Source: Oikopleura dioica (lineage: Eukaryota > Animalia > Chordata). Taken from it: a DNA stretch of 64,000 nt. The stretch spans positions 6,944,001-7,008,000 of the forward strand of contig OU015567.1 of NCBI GenBank assembly GCA_907165135.1, read 5' to 3'. Below, in pieces: positions 37,258 to 50,415 of the stretch (position 1 is the stretch's first letter; each line of letters begins with the position of its first letter). The position numbers and the translations under genes are program-made. The notes under the pieces are model-generated. The model saw only the letters and a program-made list of their open reading frames with translations. It did not search any database and was not told the origin of the DNA.

Positions 37258-40200
37258 ATGGTTGAAGGATTGATAGATACAGGCCAACAGTCGTCGCTCC
37301 GTGCCGCTTTCGGTGCAACTTCTACGGCCACGTTTCCCCAGTTTGCAGTTTCGAGCAATATGGAACAGCAGTTTTACGGCAGTTCCATCGCCGGTCAAAG
37401 AATTTCAGAGAATGAACAGAAGATTATTGCGCAAGCAGAGTTTTATCTCTCCGAAGATTACTTGACGAAAAATGCATATCTTCTTAGACAGGTATTTTCT
37501 TCAATAAGAAGCTCCTTTTTTATTCCCCTTTCTGACAACTTTGTATATTAGAAGACTCTGTAGCCTACTGTAACATTATCTACAGTCGAGTTACAGTCTA
37601 TGCAAATCTGATAAGCATCAACTAGGTCTCCTTAAAGTTTCGGTTTCCAAAATGAAGAAAAAAACCCCAAAAATTGGCAAAAATTCAAGAGAATCGCCTC
37701 TTTTCGCCGCAAAACGGCCGCCATTTCCATTTCTAGTGACATAATTGCTCATTATTCTTGCCCCTCTTCCAATTTTTCTTAATAAAAATCATTAGATAGG
37801 ACATTTCTTTTTTTGCTGACAGTTGCGGAAACGGGCAATAAAATCGGGCGGCGGGAGTTTTTTTCGGAGAAATTTGATTTTCATGCTCATCGTCAATTTA
37901 ACCGCTGAGAAGGGGAGCATGCCACCGTAGCGTCACGACTTTCCTAAAAATTCGAAGCTACCTAAAACTGTATTTTTAGAAATAAAAAAGAATCGTAATC
38001 GCAAATTTCAAAGTTGGCTACACGTTGCCGCCAATCCAAGTCCCATTTTAGATTACAAACATAGCGCTTGTTTATATTTTATCCAAAATATTTGCAACAA
38101 GCGCGGAGATAGAATTGATTTTCTATCTCCGAGCTTTGATTTCTTATTATTTTAATTTCATGATTCAATTTTTTCGAGAGAGGCGATTTTCTGGCAGTTA
38201 GACTTTCTGGCAGTTAGACTTTCTGGCAAAGGCGATTTTCTGGCACTGCCAGAAAATCTAATATGCCAGAAAATCTAATTTCCAGAAAATCGCCTCTTTT
38301 GATTTTGAATCTGCAGTTAGTGATCCTGGAAGGTAAAAATAACGGAGAGGGTTTTCGACAGTACCACCAATTTTTTCTTACATTTTTTATAAAAATTCAT
38401 TGACAAAAGCCACTTTTGACCCATTTATTCAAGATTATTGGCTGTAGCAAACATAAATCAGCTTCTTCCAGGAATTTTTGTGTTAACCCGTTAACAGGGT
38501 GGTCGATTTTGTCTACGCTTTTGCCGGTCTGTGATTGAGTGAAATCATTTCCACGCGTGGCCGTGAGACTGCCACGCGCCTGTTAACACCCGGTGTTATT
38601 TCATCTGATTTCGAGTACTTGGTCACAATGGGCACCCACTGAGATAATGGCGCACGCTCAAATAATATCCATCCTATAAAGGCGATTTCACCACCTGAGG
38701 AAGAATTTTCTGGAGAGCTTTATAACAAGTTCAGTTTCAAAAAGCATTAGCGTGCGCCATTATCTCAGTGGGCGCCCACTGTGACCAAGTACTCGAAATC
38801 AGATGCAAATAACACCTAGTGATTAACACAAAAATTCCCGGAAGAAGCTGATTTATGTTTGCTACAGCCAATAATATTAAATAAATGGGTCAAAAGTGGC
38901 TTTTGTCAATGAATTTTTAAAAATAACGTGTAAGAAAAAATTGGTGGTACTGTCGAAAACCCTCTCCGCTTTTTTACCTTCCAGGATCATTAACTGTAGA
39001 TTCAAAATCAAAAGAGGCGATTTTCTGGCAGTTAGACTTTCTGGCAAAGGCGATTTTCTGAAAGTTAGATTTTCTGGCACTGCCAGAAAATCGCCTTTGC
39101 CAGAAAGTCTAACTGCCAGAAAATCTAACTGCCAGAAAATCGCCTCTCTCAATTTTTTCGCCCATGCTATTAATCCTAATGCAGCAAATACCCAAATTTT
39201 GGACTAAACCAATAAAATGGAAGTGCATTTTTGGATAACCAATAAGATTGCTGTATTTGGCCTACCGGCCAATCAAAACCCTGATTCAGAAAATCTCTTT
39301 CATTTTTTGGTTCTGCCCCAAATTTCCCTATTTTTGGTCATTTTTGGCCATTATTCTTCTTTTTTGACCATCAATATTAGCTTTTATTATTGTCAATATG
39401 TTTTTAATGCTTCAATTAAAAATTGTCTCTAACAAAAAATTTCAGGTCGCGCGAAAACGAAACGGATTTTTATCAGTAAAATTCATTTCGTCCTTCAAGC
39501 GCATGCGGGAATTGACACCAGACTGGGCAACAACTGCAAAGGCACTCAGCAAATCGAACAAATTGGAGCTTTCTGCTGATGGGATGAAGGTAAAGTTCAA
39601 ATTGATCTTGTCCGGAGATAACCTTGAGAGTAGAGAAATTTGAAATTCACGTTCCACGGGGGTAATTCACGTGATTGATCTCAGGACGGGCAACAGGGGG
39701 ATCCATCAGTGTCTGATTTTTCATTCTAAGTATCTTCCAAAATTGCCATTCTTTGCTTTTTTAATTACTAAATGATTTTAACTACTATGATTTTCCGATT
39801 TATGTTGTTCTGTTTGCTCACCACTTATTATGTTTCCTTATAACTTTGTACCATTGAAAAATGGTGATAAAAACTCTCGACAGGAGGGGTATTTGGGAAT
39901 CGAGAGAAACCTCAGGGCTCGTGCTGCCTTTCGTCAATTTAGGGTTTAGTTGTTTCGGTCACTCTTATCGGTCATATGATATGACTCATATCCCATCTCG
40001 ACGATATCATTTCGTGATACTTAGTTTCTGGTATTTTTTGTTTCTTAGATTCTTCAGCTGCTTGTATTCCTATGAGTAGGCCTCGATTTTTACGTCCGAG
40101 GCCTACGTATGGGGATTCCACCCCTGGACCCTCTCCTCCGAGTAGCGACACACGACCACTACGCTACCCGTCCCCGATAGCCTGCCCTCTTTTTTTCGAT

Positions 40201-43200
40201 AATATCCGGCTTCAGGACATATTTTTTTTCGTGAATTTTAGGAGAAAAGTAAGGGGTGCTTCTTTCTTTTCAGAATTTAGATGAGGCCAATTTTCAATCA
40301 GAATGATCCAAGGTCAGAGGCGAATAACTCGTTGCTCGAACACACGTGACCTTCGAGTCCGATTGAGTTGTTTAATCCCTCGTTGAGCCGAGCCTAGTGC
40401 AATCGGCGCGGTAAGCAAATATCGCAAATGCAAATGTTAAGTCGGCGATGAATCGAACGCTCGCGCGATCGGGCTCGTCGTCTTTGTCTGAACTCAAATC
40501 CGTCGCCGGATAAGGATCATCCGTTTTCATTTACTCGCCACGTTAGAACACCTTGAGCTTGGAGCTGCTGTTCTAAAAGAAGGTTTAAGCCAGGGTAGAG
40601 CCTTAATAATAGTGCTTGCTCACTTCAGTAAGCGGATTCGCAGCTTCGTTTCAATTTTGATACTACCCTTTCTGACGAATCAAGCTTCTAACCAGGAATT
40701 AGCCTTGTAGAGAGATAATTGGCTCACTTAAAACTTTAAATTTTCAATTGCTCGTTTTTTCGTCTTGCGCATTCAGCGAAAAATTCGATTAGATGGACGA
40801 GTTAGAAGATTTGATTGAAGTTTCTAATGAGGCGGCCAGTCTAAACGCTTCCGCACTCGGATGTCCGTGGAGCCTGAACTTGGAACCCGCGTTTTTGACC
40901 TTCTGGTCGTGTCCCGTCGTGGCGCGATTTGAACCCCCCAAAAACAATGTTTCTTTTCCAAAGTGCTTAATTAAAATTAGCACAACCTTTTCATTGAACA
41001 TCGAAAAAATAGGTCAACTTCGATAAGATTTTTTCGAGGTAAGGTGGTACGGAAAGAAACCGCAAAACTATGTCCCCTAGAAAGTGAAATCATTTTCAAT
41101 AAGCATCAAAAATAGGTCAAACTGTGTTTTACGATTCTTTTTCCTCCTTCGCTCCGCATCCTTTGGACAAAACCTGAGTCAGGGTCCTCAAAATTATTAT
41201 TGCAAAATTTTTAAAAATTTTGGCGGAGCCGCTTTGCGGCTCCGTTTTTAAAAAAGCCGCTACGCGGCTTTTCATTAGGGATCTTTCAGACCATAATTCA
41301 GGTTTTTTTTACATAGCACAGCATTTAGGAAGCCTCTGTTTTTCTTTCCGGATCCAAAACTCTAAAAGTCTACTCTCTGGTTACCCACTTTTTAGTTATC
41401 CGGTAAATGTTAAGTAACCACAAAATTGAGTAAGAAACACTCCCTGCTCTAAACTTTAAGGGGATCGATTGCTCCCGTTTCTGTTTTTCTATTTTCGGGA
41501 ATCGCCAAGCGCCAGCCTCTCGAATGTCTTTCCACGTGTGAAAGAAGTGTGGCGGCAAGGGCGCGGGCCCTGGAATTTAAGCTTCCAAGGAGCTTACTTC
41601 TTGGATTTTAGAGTGGAAAGAGTTTGATGCCCGTCTATTCTTCTTTTTGGACTTTTCGCGAAAAGGGATATCCAAACTTGTAGAAACACCCTTCTTTTTT
41701 TAATCTTGATTTTGATATGGGGTTTATCTGCCAATTTGAGGCCCGTATTGCTTGTTTGAGCCAATCAAAAACAAGTCATGAAACGGCCAAATGCTTCACC
41801 TTGGTACTTGGACCACTGTACTTACTGTAATTCAGGTACGAAGACGACAACCGCTGACTGCATTTATTTCTTCGATCAAGGCGATTCGATCTGTCCTCAT
41901 CACGGCCGAAGAACTATCCCTTTCGAGTGAGTTGACCATCAAGATTAGAGACCATGGGTACTCATGTACAATTGAATTCAACTCCTCTGAGAACTTCAAT
42001 TAAAAATTTGATCAGATTTTACAAGATAAACTTGAATTTCATTTCATAAATTATCTGTTCGAAATTAACCAGCTGGCAGTTGATTTTCTACTTTAGTGAT
42101 CACGAATCTGCTCATTCCGTATGGCGAAATTGTATTTATACAAGTCATCAAACCTGGAATGGAGATCCCGGACAATATTCGGCCCTACTGTGCTCGAGTA
42201 AGTTTCCTAATTGAACAAAAAATGACCAAGAAACACGTGTTTTTTCCCGAGAATAACTGGTCATTTAGCATCCCGAACTTGGCTCTCGCCCCGTCGCCGT
42301 GGTCAAATTCGACACAGCTGAGGCGGCGCACCGCTGCTGCCGGGAACTCGATAGCCATGAAGAAGGAAGGGAGTTACTGAGGCTTATCCCCGCGCCAGAT
42401 CAAACTTCATCTTTTATTTCATTGAACAGAATCTGATTCAGCGGACTTAGCCCGCTAAACATTCTAAAGCACTGTGTACTCGACATTCGAGAAAGCGATT
42501 AGCTTACTTTGAAAGAGTACTAAAGCGGGGCTGTCGTAGAGACGGGTTTTAATTTAACTGATCGCGCGTTTTCGTATTTGATCTCTTTTCTGACAATCCT
42601 AGGGAAATTATTCTTAAACCGATTTTCAAGATGGCATTTCTTCTAAAATTAACTGTCAAAAACCGAGAAGCCGCTTGCGGCTTCGAGTAGGAGAAAAAAT
42701 AAGCCGCGCGAAGAGCGGCTTTTTCTTCTTGTTTACTCAATTTCAATATCAAGACCCTAGAAGCCGCTTGCGGCTTTGAGCAAACAAGGACAAAAAGCCG
42801 CGCTTCGCGCAGCTTATTCTTTCTCTTACTCGAAGCCGCAAGCGGCTTCTCGGGTCTTGAAGTTGAACTTAGCTTGAATATAACGTATTGTCTGTCAATT
42901 AAAACGAAATCCATCATTGAGTTGAATTTCTGATGATGGTCCTAAAAGCAGCATTGAAATTGATGAACGAAACTTGATGCTTTCACTTTGTAACTCTCGG
43001 AAAGACGGGGAGCTTCGCGTGTGTCTTCTGGGCACGAGGATTCGCTCTTTCGCCCGTCATCGGCGAAAGAAGGAGAAAAGCTGTTTCGGCGAAGAGTTCG
43101 AAAACTCGAAGACTGCCAAGGATCGCCTTTCGCCCTCCGACGCATCCGTGGACTCGGCAATCTCTGACGTTTCAAGTTCCCAAGAAGGATCACTCAATAG

Positions 43201-44324
43201 ACAGCCTACTTGGTAAGCAAAAACTGTTGCGTAACTCTTAATTTCACTGTGGAAAGAAAGTTATTTCGCGTTTTGTATTGTACTTCTGGTAGAGTTGCTT
43301 AATCTCCAGATGGATAGGTTTTCTTTTTGCAGATTTCCTGCAGGAAGTGGCTGTCCCTTTAGTTACAATTGTCATGTGGCTTCTCGGGGGAGTTATTTTA
43401 CTCGAGGTGGCCTTACTGTCGTTAAAACAGTATATCCGCTTGTCCAGAAAACAAAAGCAATTGAAAACGAGTTGAGTCCATTACCGGTTGATCTTTTAGC
43501 CAACGCGCCGAGTGGAGTCATCAATTACCGCGTTACAACACGCTGCAGTCGAACCCCGCCGCCGCCGTCCACCGTCAACAAGTCAGCCCAGCTCATGTCC
43601 CAATCGATCGCATCGCCTTGGCGCAGGCGCAGATCTACATGCAAGAAAAGGTGAGCTTTCTTGTTCTTGCTCGATTCTTCGTCCACAGTCTTTTTTACGA
43701 ATTTGCGGCCAGATAACGAATTCGGGCTTGTTCGTTTCACCTGTTCGGTTACTACAACTTGTTGCTACTTTGTTCTTCTGGGCGACCTACAAGTTCTCAA
43801 TCGTATTATCTCGCTGACGACAGTTTTTTGAAAACTTTCGTGTAAAGCCCCCCAAGTTCAGCGACCAAAGCTGTCTCTTTTTAACAGAAAAAATGCGGAA
43901 ATTAAGGGTGTCGCTTCAAAACGTGCAAAAAAGTTCAAAATAGAAAATTCTTTATTTTGAAAACGAAAAAAACAGCCACGTTTTCTGTTTTTGTGGTTGT
44001 TTCGACATTCAATTTTAACGAAAATTGTAGCTTTTGTTCACCGCGCGGTTGCACTATCAAAATGCGCTGATGACGGCGCGCAGCAAAATGCGATCTAATG
44101 AGATGTTTTCTCGAGCTGCTGGAAATCAAAACCAAGCACCAACAGCAAGCCAATACGGAGCAGCTACTCCTGGCTACCAAGTTTACCAAAATTGCCGAAA
44201 GAGCAGCGAAAGCGAATGGTCTCCACCGCCGCCGCCTGGACTCGAAGCGGAGAGCGAAGCGGAACACTCGCTCCAGGCAAATCAGCAAATTCAATCCTGG
44301 ATCGGCAAATTGGCCCTGCATTGA
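37258..44324 (+). CDS. LARP6: La-related protein 6-like (La motif + RRM)
   Basis: KIIAQAEFYLSEDYLTKNAYLLRQ / VARKRNGFLSVKFISSFKRMR..DW..TAKAL..SNKLELSADG / VRR / YGEIVFIQVIKPGMEIPDNIR / AVVKFDTAEAA. 3' exons less certain. Confidence 0.85.
38175..39150. mobile_element. About 1-kb nested palindromic foldback element in LARP6 intron 1
   Basis: Arms of about 320 bp (38175-38490 vs 38824-39150) begin GAGAGAGGCGATTTTCTGGCAGTTAG. An inner inverted pair lies at 38585-38660 vs 38748-38817. Confidence 0.8.
42665..42855. repeat. GAAGCCGC hairpin repeat family (LARP6 intron copy)
   Basis: Three hairpins in the same arrangement as 13238-13425. Confidence 0.75.
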
Positions 44325-46862
44325 AATAATATATTTTTGGAGTCGACAAGGAAAGGATATCACACACAATTTTTTATAAAAAGGATGCTGGTTTTTTATT
44401 TGTAAAAAGTTGAGAATCGAGAAGCCGCTTGCGGCTTCGATTAAAAAAAATTTAAGCCGCCCGGAGCGAGGCTCTTTCTTATGCTTGGAGCCGCAAGAAC
44501 CGATAGCGTTGCTTATCTCCATTTTGATAAGAATCACTAATCGTTGTTTGACAACAGCGCGTCGTCGGTTTTTTAGAGCGGGCCCAGTTGCCGGACATTT
44601 TGAACGGCGGTCGGGGCTTGTGACGCGCGCACACTCGAAGCGACATTTCGGATTTGCATTTCGCATGAACACCAAGTGACAAGGCTCTGATAGGTTTCGC
44701 CCGACACGCCCGAAAAAAAAGAGAAACTGGGTTAAATTTTCAATTTAGACTCGTCTCGCTATTCGTTAATTTTAAATTGGTGTTTTGGGAGTAATTTATT
44801 ATATCAAAAATAATATAATAATGAATTAATAAAAAATAATTAGCAGAAAAATCGTCGATTCGAGACGTCATGAATTCCCTGAGAAAGCTGTTGTTTCGCG
44901 AGAATCAGCCGCGAATTCAGGCAATTGAAAAGCTCGTTAGTCATAACAACATAATGTTTAGCCGAAGTTATTTAAAATAATTAATTAATGTCATTCTATC
45001 TGACAGGTCTGTTCAAGGGCGAACGTGGCATGCCATAAAATTCAATTACCGTTCATTCCAGAAACTGCTGAGCTCAGTTGCCACAGTCAGAGTTTCGGAA
45101 AGCGAGAGAAGCTTCGATACAAGATTAAGAGCTTATCAAAAGGTTCCAGTTTTTAATTCCCGGAGAGCACGAGGCGAGTAGACGTCCGATGTTACGCGTC
45201 GTCTAAAACAAAGTTCACCAGCTTTCTTTTTCCATAACTGTAATTTTCAACTAACTCTTGTCAAAAATCGAATCCCCGTAAAAGGTCAATCCTGCTCAAC
45301 GTGTGATATCCTTATTTTCAGTTTTCGCCGTGGCTTAACTTGTCAGCCGTTCCGCTTTTTGTATAATTTTGTAGATTTTTTATTCAATTTTTAATTCAAA
45401 AAACTATAATTTTTTTTTTCTGTTTCTGTTTTTATCGTAGATTATCGTCTAGTGAAGGGTGAATTGGCCGCCGTTGTGTTCACTGGGGGACCTTTGGGCA
45501 CGCGGAATCGGCCAATTCTGATTGGACCAATAAGAAGTTAGAAAAAAGAGCTGCGTCTGCCGCTTGGTGGCGCGCAAGCTTTTGGTAGTATCCAATCAGA
45601 ATAAGTAGTGAGGAGCGTCTAGAGTGGAGAAGCTACTGCCCGACTATTCTGGTGGATCAGGTGACGAGATCACGTGACACAAAATGACAACATGTCGACA
45701 TGTCGAAGTTTAACCCATCCGCACATTATTGACCAAGATTTTGGCGCCGCAAACAAAAACAAAAATGGGTATGAACAACGATGCTTCATATTTCCTGCTG
45801 TATATAATTACACTTTCTTTCCTTCCTGTACTTTTTTATTCGAGTTTGCAACACTGGTCCCACGGTCCATGGCCCGCCGGATCTTGATGGTGACAGGTTA
45901 AGATCTTGAATTGTGAAATAAGCTTGTTTCGTGCAGATTTTAGTTGAAATAATGCAATGAATAAATGAATGAACAAATGATTCAAAATCCCCTTTTTTCC
46001 ATCATTGAAGGAATACATATATTTGAGAAACTAGCAAAAGTATCGATCAAAAAGAGAAAAAGCTAGAAAAGAGTAACAGGTGATCTCTGGCTGTAGCTGT
46101 ATGTAACAGCTGTTCGGGGGCTAAGCCGACTCATCGCAGGCTCAATCGATGTTCCACGATAGCCGAAGTAGTAGTAGTTTTTTCATTCTTCGAGAAACTA
46201 GAAGCGAGAAAGTAAAAGAAGGACAGAATGAAAGAAGAAAGTAGAAGATGGAAATGATAGAAAAATTTGTTCAATCAGTTCAAATTCGCGCAGCATTACG
46301 TTTTCGAGCGGAAGAACATGGGAAATGGCTGCATCAAACATTTCATCATCACGAGACCGGACGCGCGGGTTGAGGGCTAAACAGTAATTACAAAATTTAA
46401 ATTTACCAAAGACTCTTTCTCAAACCCGCAAGGGAATAACAGGAATAGAAAACGAGCTGGAAGATTTTCTTACGTAGTGAAAATGCTTTCTAAAAACCCC
46501 GATTTTTACGGCTGATCTTTTTGAGCTGCATCTCGTGTCTTTCCTTGAAATTCAAGGAGAGCAGCGTCGATAATTTAAATTTAAACCCAGCTGTGTGAAT
46601 GTACCAGTGCTCGGTCAATAATCACGTGAGCGTTCATTTACTACGAGAGAGCGTCAACCTCTAAAAGGTGTCCCCGATCGCCCCCGCGCCCAATTTTCTG
46701 GAGACAACAAAAAAGAGGTTAGAAAATCTTCACGAAAACGGTGCGTCAATTACGAAAAGCCTCGGCGTAAATGCGTGGATCAAAGAACGACTTGAAAGTG
46801 TCAAGGTCAGCGGAAACTACTTTTTGAAATTTTTCAACTATTGAGAAATTCCAAACTCGAAA

Positions 46863-47887
46863 ATGCAGGCGTCTAAAAGCGCAACCCTTTCTTTCCAAGA
46901 GAGCTGGACACTGTTTGACATGGAACGAGTGGCACTAATGTCAAACTTAGGCTCAAAATTCGCCAGCAACGCTGCGGAAAAAGTTCAGGAAGCTCAAGAA
47001 GCGCAGAAGTACGTTTATTACAGTAGAAGGGGTCCAGTACAAGGTACGTGTTATTCGAAGATCTAAGGGGGGTGGACCCCGTTAAAGCCGATTTTCAAAC
47101 GGATTTTTCTACAAGCTTTTTCGTAGTGACACCCTTAACTTTCTCAATTGAAAATATATTTAGCTCTTTCTTGTCGAAACTCCTCTTGAAATAAGGGTGT
47201 CACGTTGAAATAAATCTAAAATATTATGCTCAACAATAAATCCTTAAATCCGAGCATGAGAAAATCTTCCACGTAGAGCCTTAATTTCAGCCTCTAAAAC
47301 ATTTAGTAAGGACCTAACGTTCCCAACCGTGTTCAGAACCAAGCAGAACAAAGTAGATATTTTGGCCTCACTTTATTTCTGCATAAGATTGAACCAAGTG
47401 CTTTGGTTCTTTCAATCTGTTGTTGATTTGAGCACGTGTTTTCCGTCGCTTTGGAATTTTACGTCCGGGAGGTTAAAAAAGGGGGTTCAAAAAAGGAATG
47501 GCATCGTCAAATTAATATTTGAACAAAGATTTTCCAAGTTTCAACGTTTTTTGAACGTTGCATCAGCAGAAAATGATTTCCCTGGCCTTATCAGTGAAAA
47601 AGTAATTCGAAGACGTAGCGCAGCGCTGAAATCGCGTCAACTGTGTAACTTTATTATTCTAGGTTTGCATGCAACGCGCCCAGAAACTCGAAAAAGGAAC
47701 GGCTATTATTTTTTTAACAATGACTAGGAATATCATAAATACGAATTCCAGAGCGCGCCAAATATTTGAAAACGTACAGGCGTTCAATTCAATTCAAGAG
47801 CTCTTGATTGAAAAGAAATTAGAAAGAAAAAAAGCCAAAAAAGACGAAGAAAACCCATCTTTCATGATAAAAGTTCAAAAAAAGTAA
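46863..47887 (+). CDS. Possible hypothetical gene
   Basis: ATG exon ending in a GTACGT donor plus downstream open segments. No homology recognised. Confidence 0.25.
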
Positions 47888-48744
47888 TATAACTGCACTT
47901 TGCTCGACAAGGCTCATTAACATGGGCACTCGATTCGGTAGCATGAACTTTTTTGCTTACTAGATTTTTTTGCCCTCCAAGCCAAACTTGATGATTTTGC
48001 CAGCTTGATAAATCATCATATCCTTTTAGTTCTTCTCAAGTACCCTTTTGGAACAGCAGATGGTACTTATCGTCCCAACTTCTATTAAGAGAGTGACACC
48101 CTTAATTTATCTGACCAAAATTAAGTTTAATGTTGCGTAGTATTGAAAAGCATCTGTTTATAATACAGTTCATTTTCAAGAAACCCAAAATACAACCAAT
48201 TGCAGGGTTCAATTTCGATTTTTTTCTAAGTTCATTTCTTCAACTTCGACTTATTATTTATCGAGAAAGGTAAATTTCTTAAAACGTGAGTGCAGAAATA
48301 AGCTATTGCCGCGTAAAATGGGTTTATACCTGGTTTTATGTAAGTCAAGCGTGAAGGCCGAAATCAAGTCGATTCGTAAGATTAAAATTACGGCATAAGC
48401 AAGGCTTTGATACGCTGCAACTTAAAACCACCAGATGCGCTATTTATCTTAATCCTTCAATTTTTGCCAAATTTGACAAAATTGAAAATTGTTGATGGCA
48501 TAATTATTAATTTTGATCGAATGAAAAATTAATTGAAAAATTAATAAAAAGCTGGAAGTCGGGGCCAACTTCCCTGCGCGGAAAATAAAAACACGAATGG
48601 GATTTTTTCCAAAATCGCAAAACTCGAATGGTAGTTGCCCGGAAATCGTTTTGCGCGAATGGCACTTGCACGAAAACCTCATTCGCGCAAAAACTTCCGC
48701 GCAAAACGATTTCCGCACAAAAAAACTCCATTTTTCTCGGATTA

Positions 48745-48965
48745 TTTTTTCTCGAATTTTATATTGCACGCGGAGCGTGCCATTCCCAACTGGCCCACCT
48801 TCCCAACTAACCAACCCTCCCCAACTTACTTTCTCTCGAATTTTATATTGCACGCGGAGCGTGCCATTCCCAACTGGCCCACCTTCCCAACTAACCAACC
48901 CTTCCCAACTTATTTCCCCTCGAATAATATAGGGCACGCGGAGCGTGCCATTCCCAACTGGCCAG
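48745..48965. repeat. 84-bp tandem repeat x3 containing hairpin GCACGC-GGA-GCGTGC
   Basis: Hairpin starts at 48766, 48850 and 48934. An isolated copy occurs at 57843. Confidence 0.9.
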
Positions 48966-48977
48966 CCATTTTTTACT

Positions 48978-49312
48978 CACGAAATGGTTGGTAGCTGGGG
49001 GTGGGATGGGGGAAATTTTTTGGTCGCCCTGTTGGACTTTTTTGGTGAAAGCGTCCCTAGGAAATGGATTTTTTGCGGAATTTATTTTTGTACCCACGAA
49101 ATGGTTAGGATGCAACGGAGTTGGGGGCGGGTTGGGGGAAATTTTTGGTCCTCCTGTTGGACTTTTTCGGTGAAAGCGCCCCTAGAAAACGGATTTCTCG
49201 CGGAATCTATTTTTGTACCCACGAAATAGCTAGGATGCAACGGAGTTGGGGGCGGGTTGGGGAATTTTTTGGTCGCCCTGTTGGACTTTTTCGGTGAAAT
49301 CGCCCCTAGAAA
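48978..49312. repeat. About 120-bp tandem repeat x3, G-rich
   Basis: CACGAAAT...GGGGGCGGGTTGGGG...CTGTTGGACTTTTT...CCCTAG starting at 48978, 49095 and 49220. Confidence 0.88.
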
Positions 49313-49862
49313 ACATTTTTTGCTCGAAATTGTGGTAACTGCATTTTATTAGCAAGAATTAAGATTTCGTTTTATGAATAAATAGCACGAGAATTTGATG
49401 ATATTTAAATATTCGGATCATATTGCTCGCAGATTTAATTTCTAAGCCTCGTTTTTGGCAGAAACGGGGTTTAGGTACGATTTTCCTTTTGGCAGAAGGC
49501 GAATCGTGGCTTATTTGATCTCCGAGCAATATGTTTGAATATTTTTGTTAAATTTGGTGTCTTTCTCGCAAAAATCTCGTGTACTGTTTTTGTCGCTCTT
49601 TTTGCGGCCAATCGTGTGTGGCAGCCTCATTATTCCGCCTACGCACGCTCTCAATTATATTTCCCCCTTCGGCGTTTCGAGGTATTTCTTAAAACCGGTT
49701 TCTAGAAGTGTTTGTTTTTATATTCTAATTACTCTTTTTTCCATCGAATTGGTTGTTTTTATATATAAATTACTTTCTAGAACAGTGGTTTATATCTTGG
49801 ATTTGTTATAAAAAAAATCAGTTCTTATTTTCCAAATACAGACAAGGCCGAAAGTTGGAAAA

Positions 49863-50415
49863 ATGCCGGTAAGTCCTTTGCTTAAATAGTTAATATTTTT
49901 GGCCAATGGATTTTAAATTTACTTAATTTAGAATACTAATGAATCTTCAACCCCCCCTCGTTTCACTGATGAACCTGACCTTACGGTTTCGTCGTCTCAA
50001 GTGAGTGAGGTTGAGTATCCTCGCATGGAGACAACTGGTCGCCCTCGTGAGCGCGAGTCTGGTACAAGAGCCCGTTCCTTCAGCGCCGAGCGGGTTCTGA
50101 ATGCTGAGCCCGTGCAGTTTGGACGTGCAGTTCCTATTCTGGGAGAGCAAGTTGACGCCAGATCCCGTCGCGGTATGTTACCCTTACTTGTTGTACTTTA
50201 CTTATGTGTGTTTAGCCTGCCGCCTTGATTCGTACCTCCTCCTGCGGGGCAACCAGCTTGGTCCTGTTAATCGTCGAGCACACATCGAAGCTCTTCGATT
50301 AGAAGACGACATTCTTCTCGGTCGATACCTGGCATTCGACTCCGACATCGAGAAAGGCAATTACACTGTCTCTCTCATCACTCGCAAAGGTCGATGCTTC
50401 CGCCTTGGAAAGTAA
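49863..50415 (+). CDS. Hypothetical protein (orphan), three exons
   Basis: ATG CCG|GTAAG, then NTNESSTPP...DARSRR / ACRLDSYLLLRG...GRCFRLGK*, with phases consistent. Confidence 0.55.

Noticed and set aside
38877-39207. ORFs on both strands
   Set aside because: They derive from the palindromic foldback element.
44900-46800. Hidden gene or ncRNA between LARP6 and the repeat arm
   Set aside because: Only isolated short open segments. I saw no tRNA, snRNA, 5S or SL-RNA signature here or elsewhere in the window.
48449-49229. ORFs of 60-160 aa in several frames
   Set aside because: They are translations of the 84-bp and about 120-bp tandem repeats.
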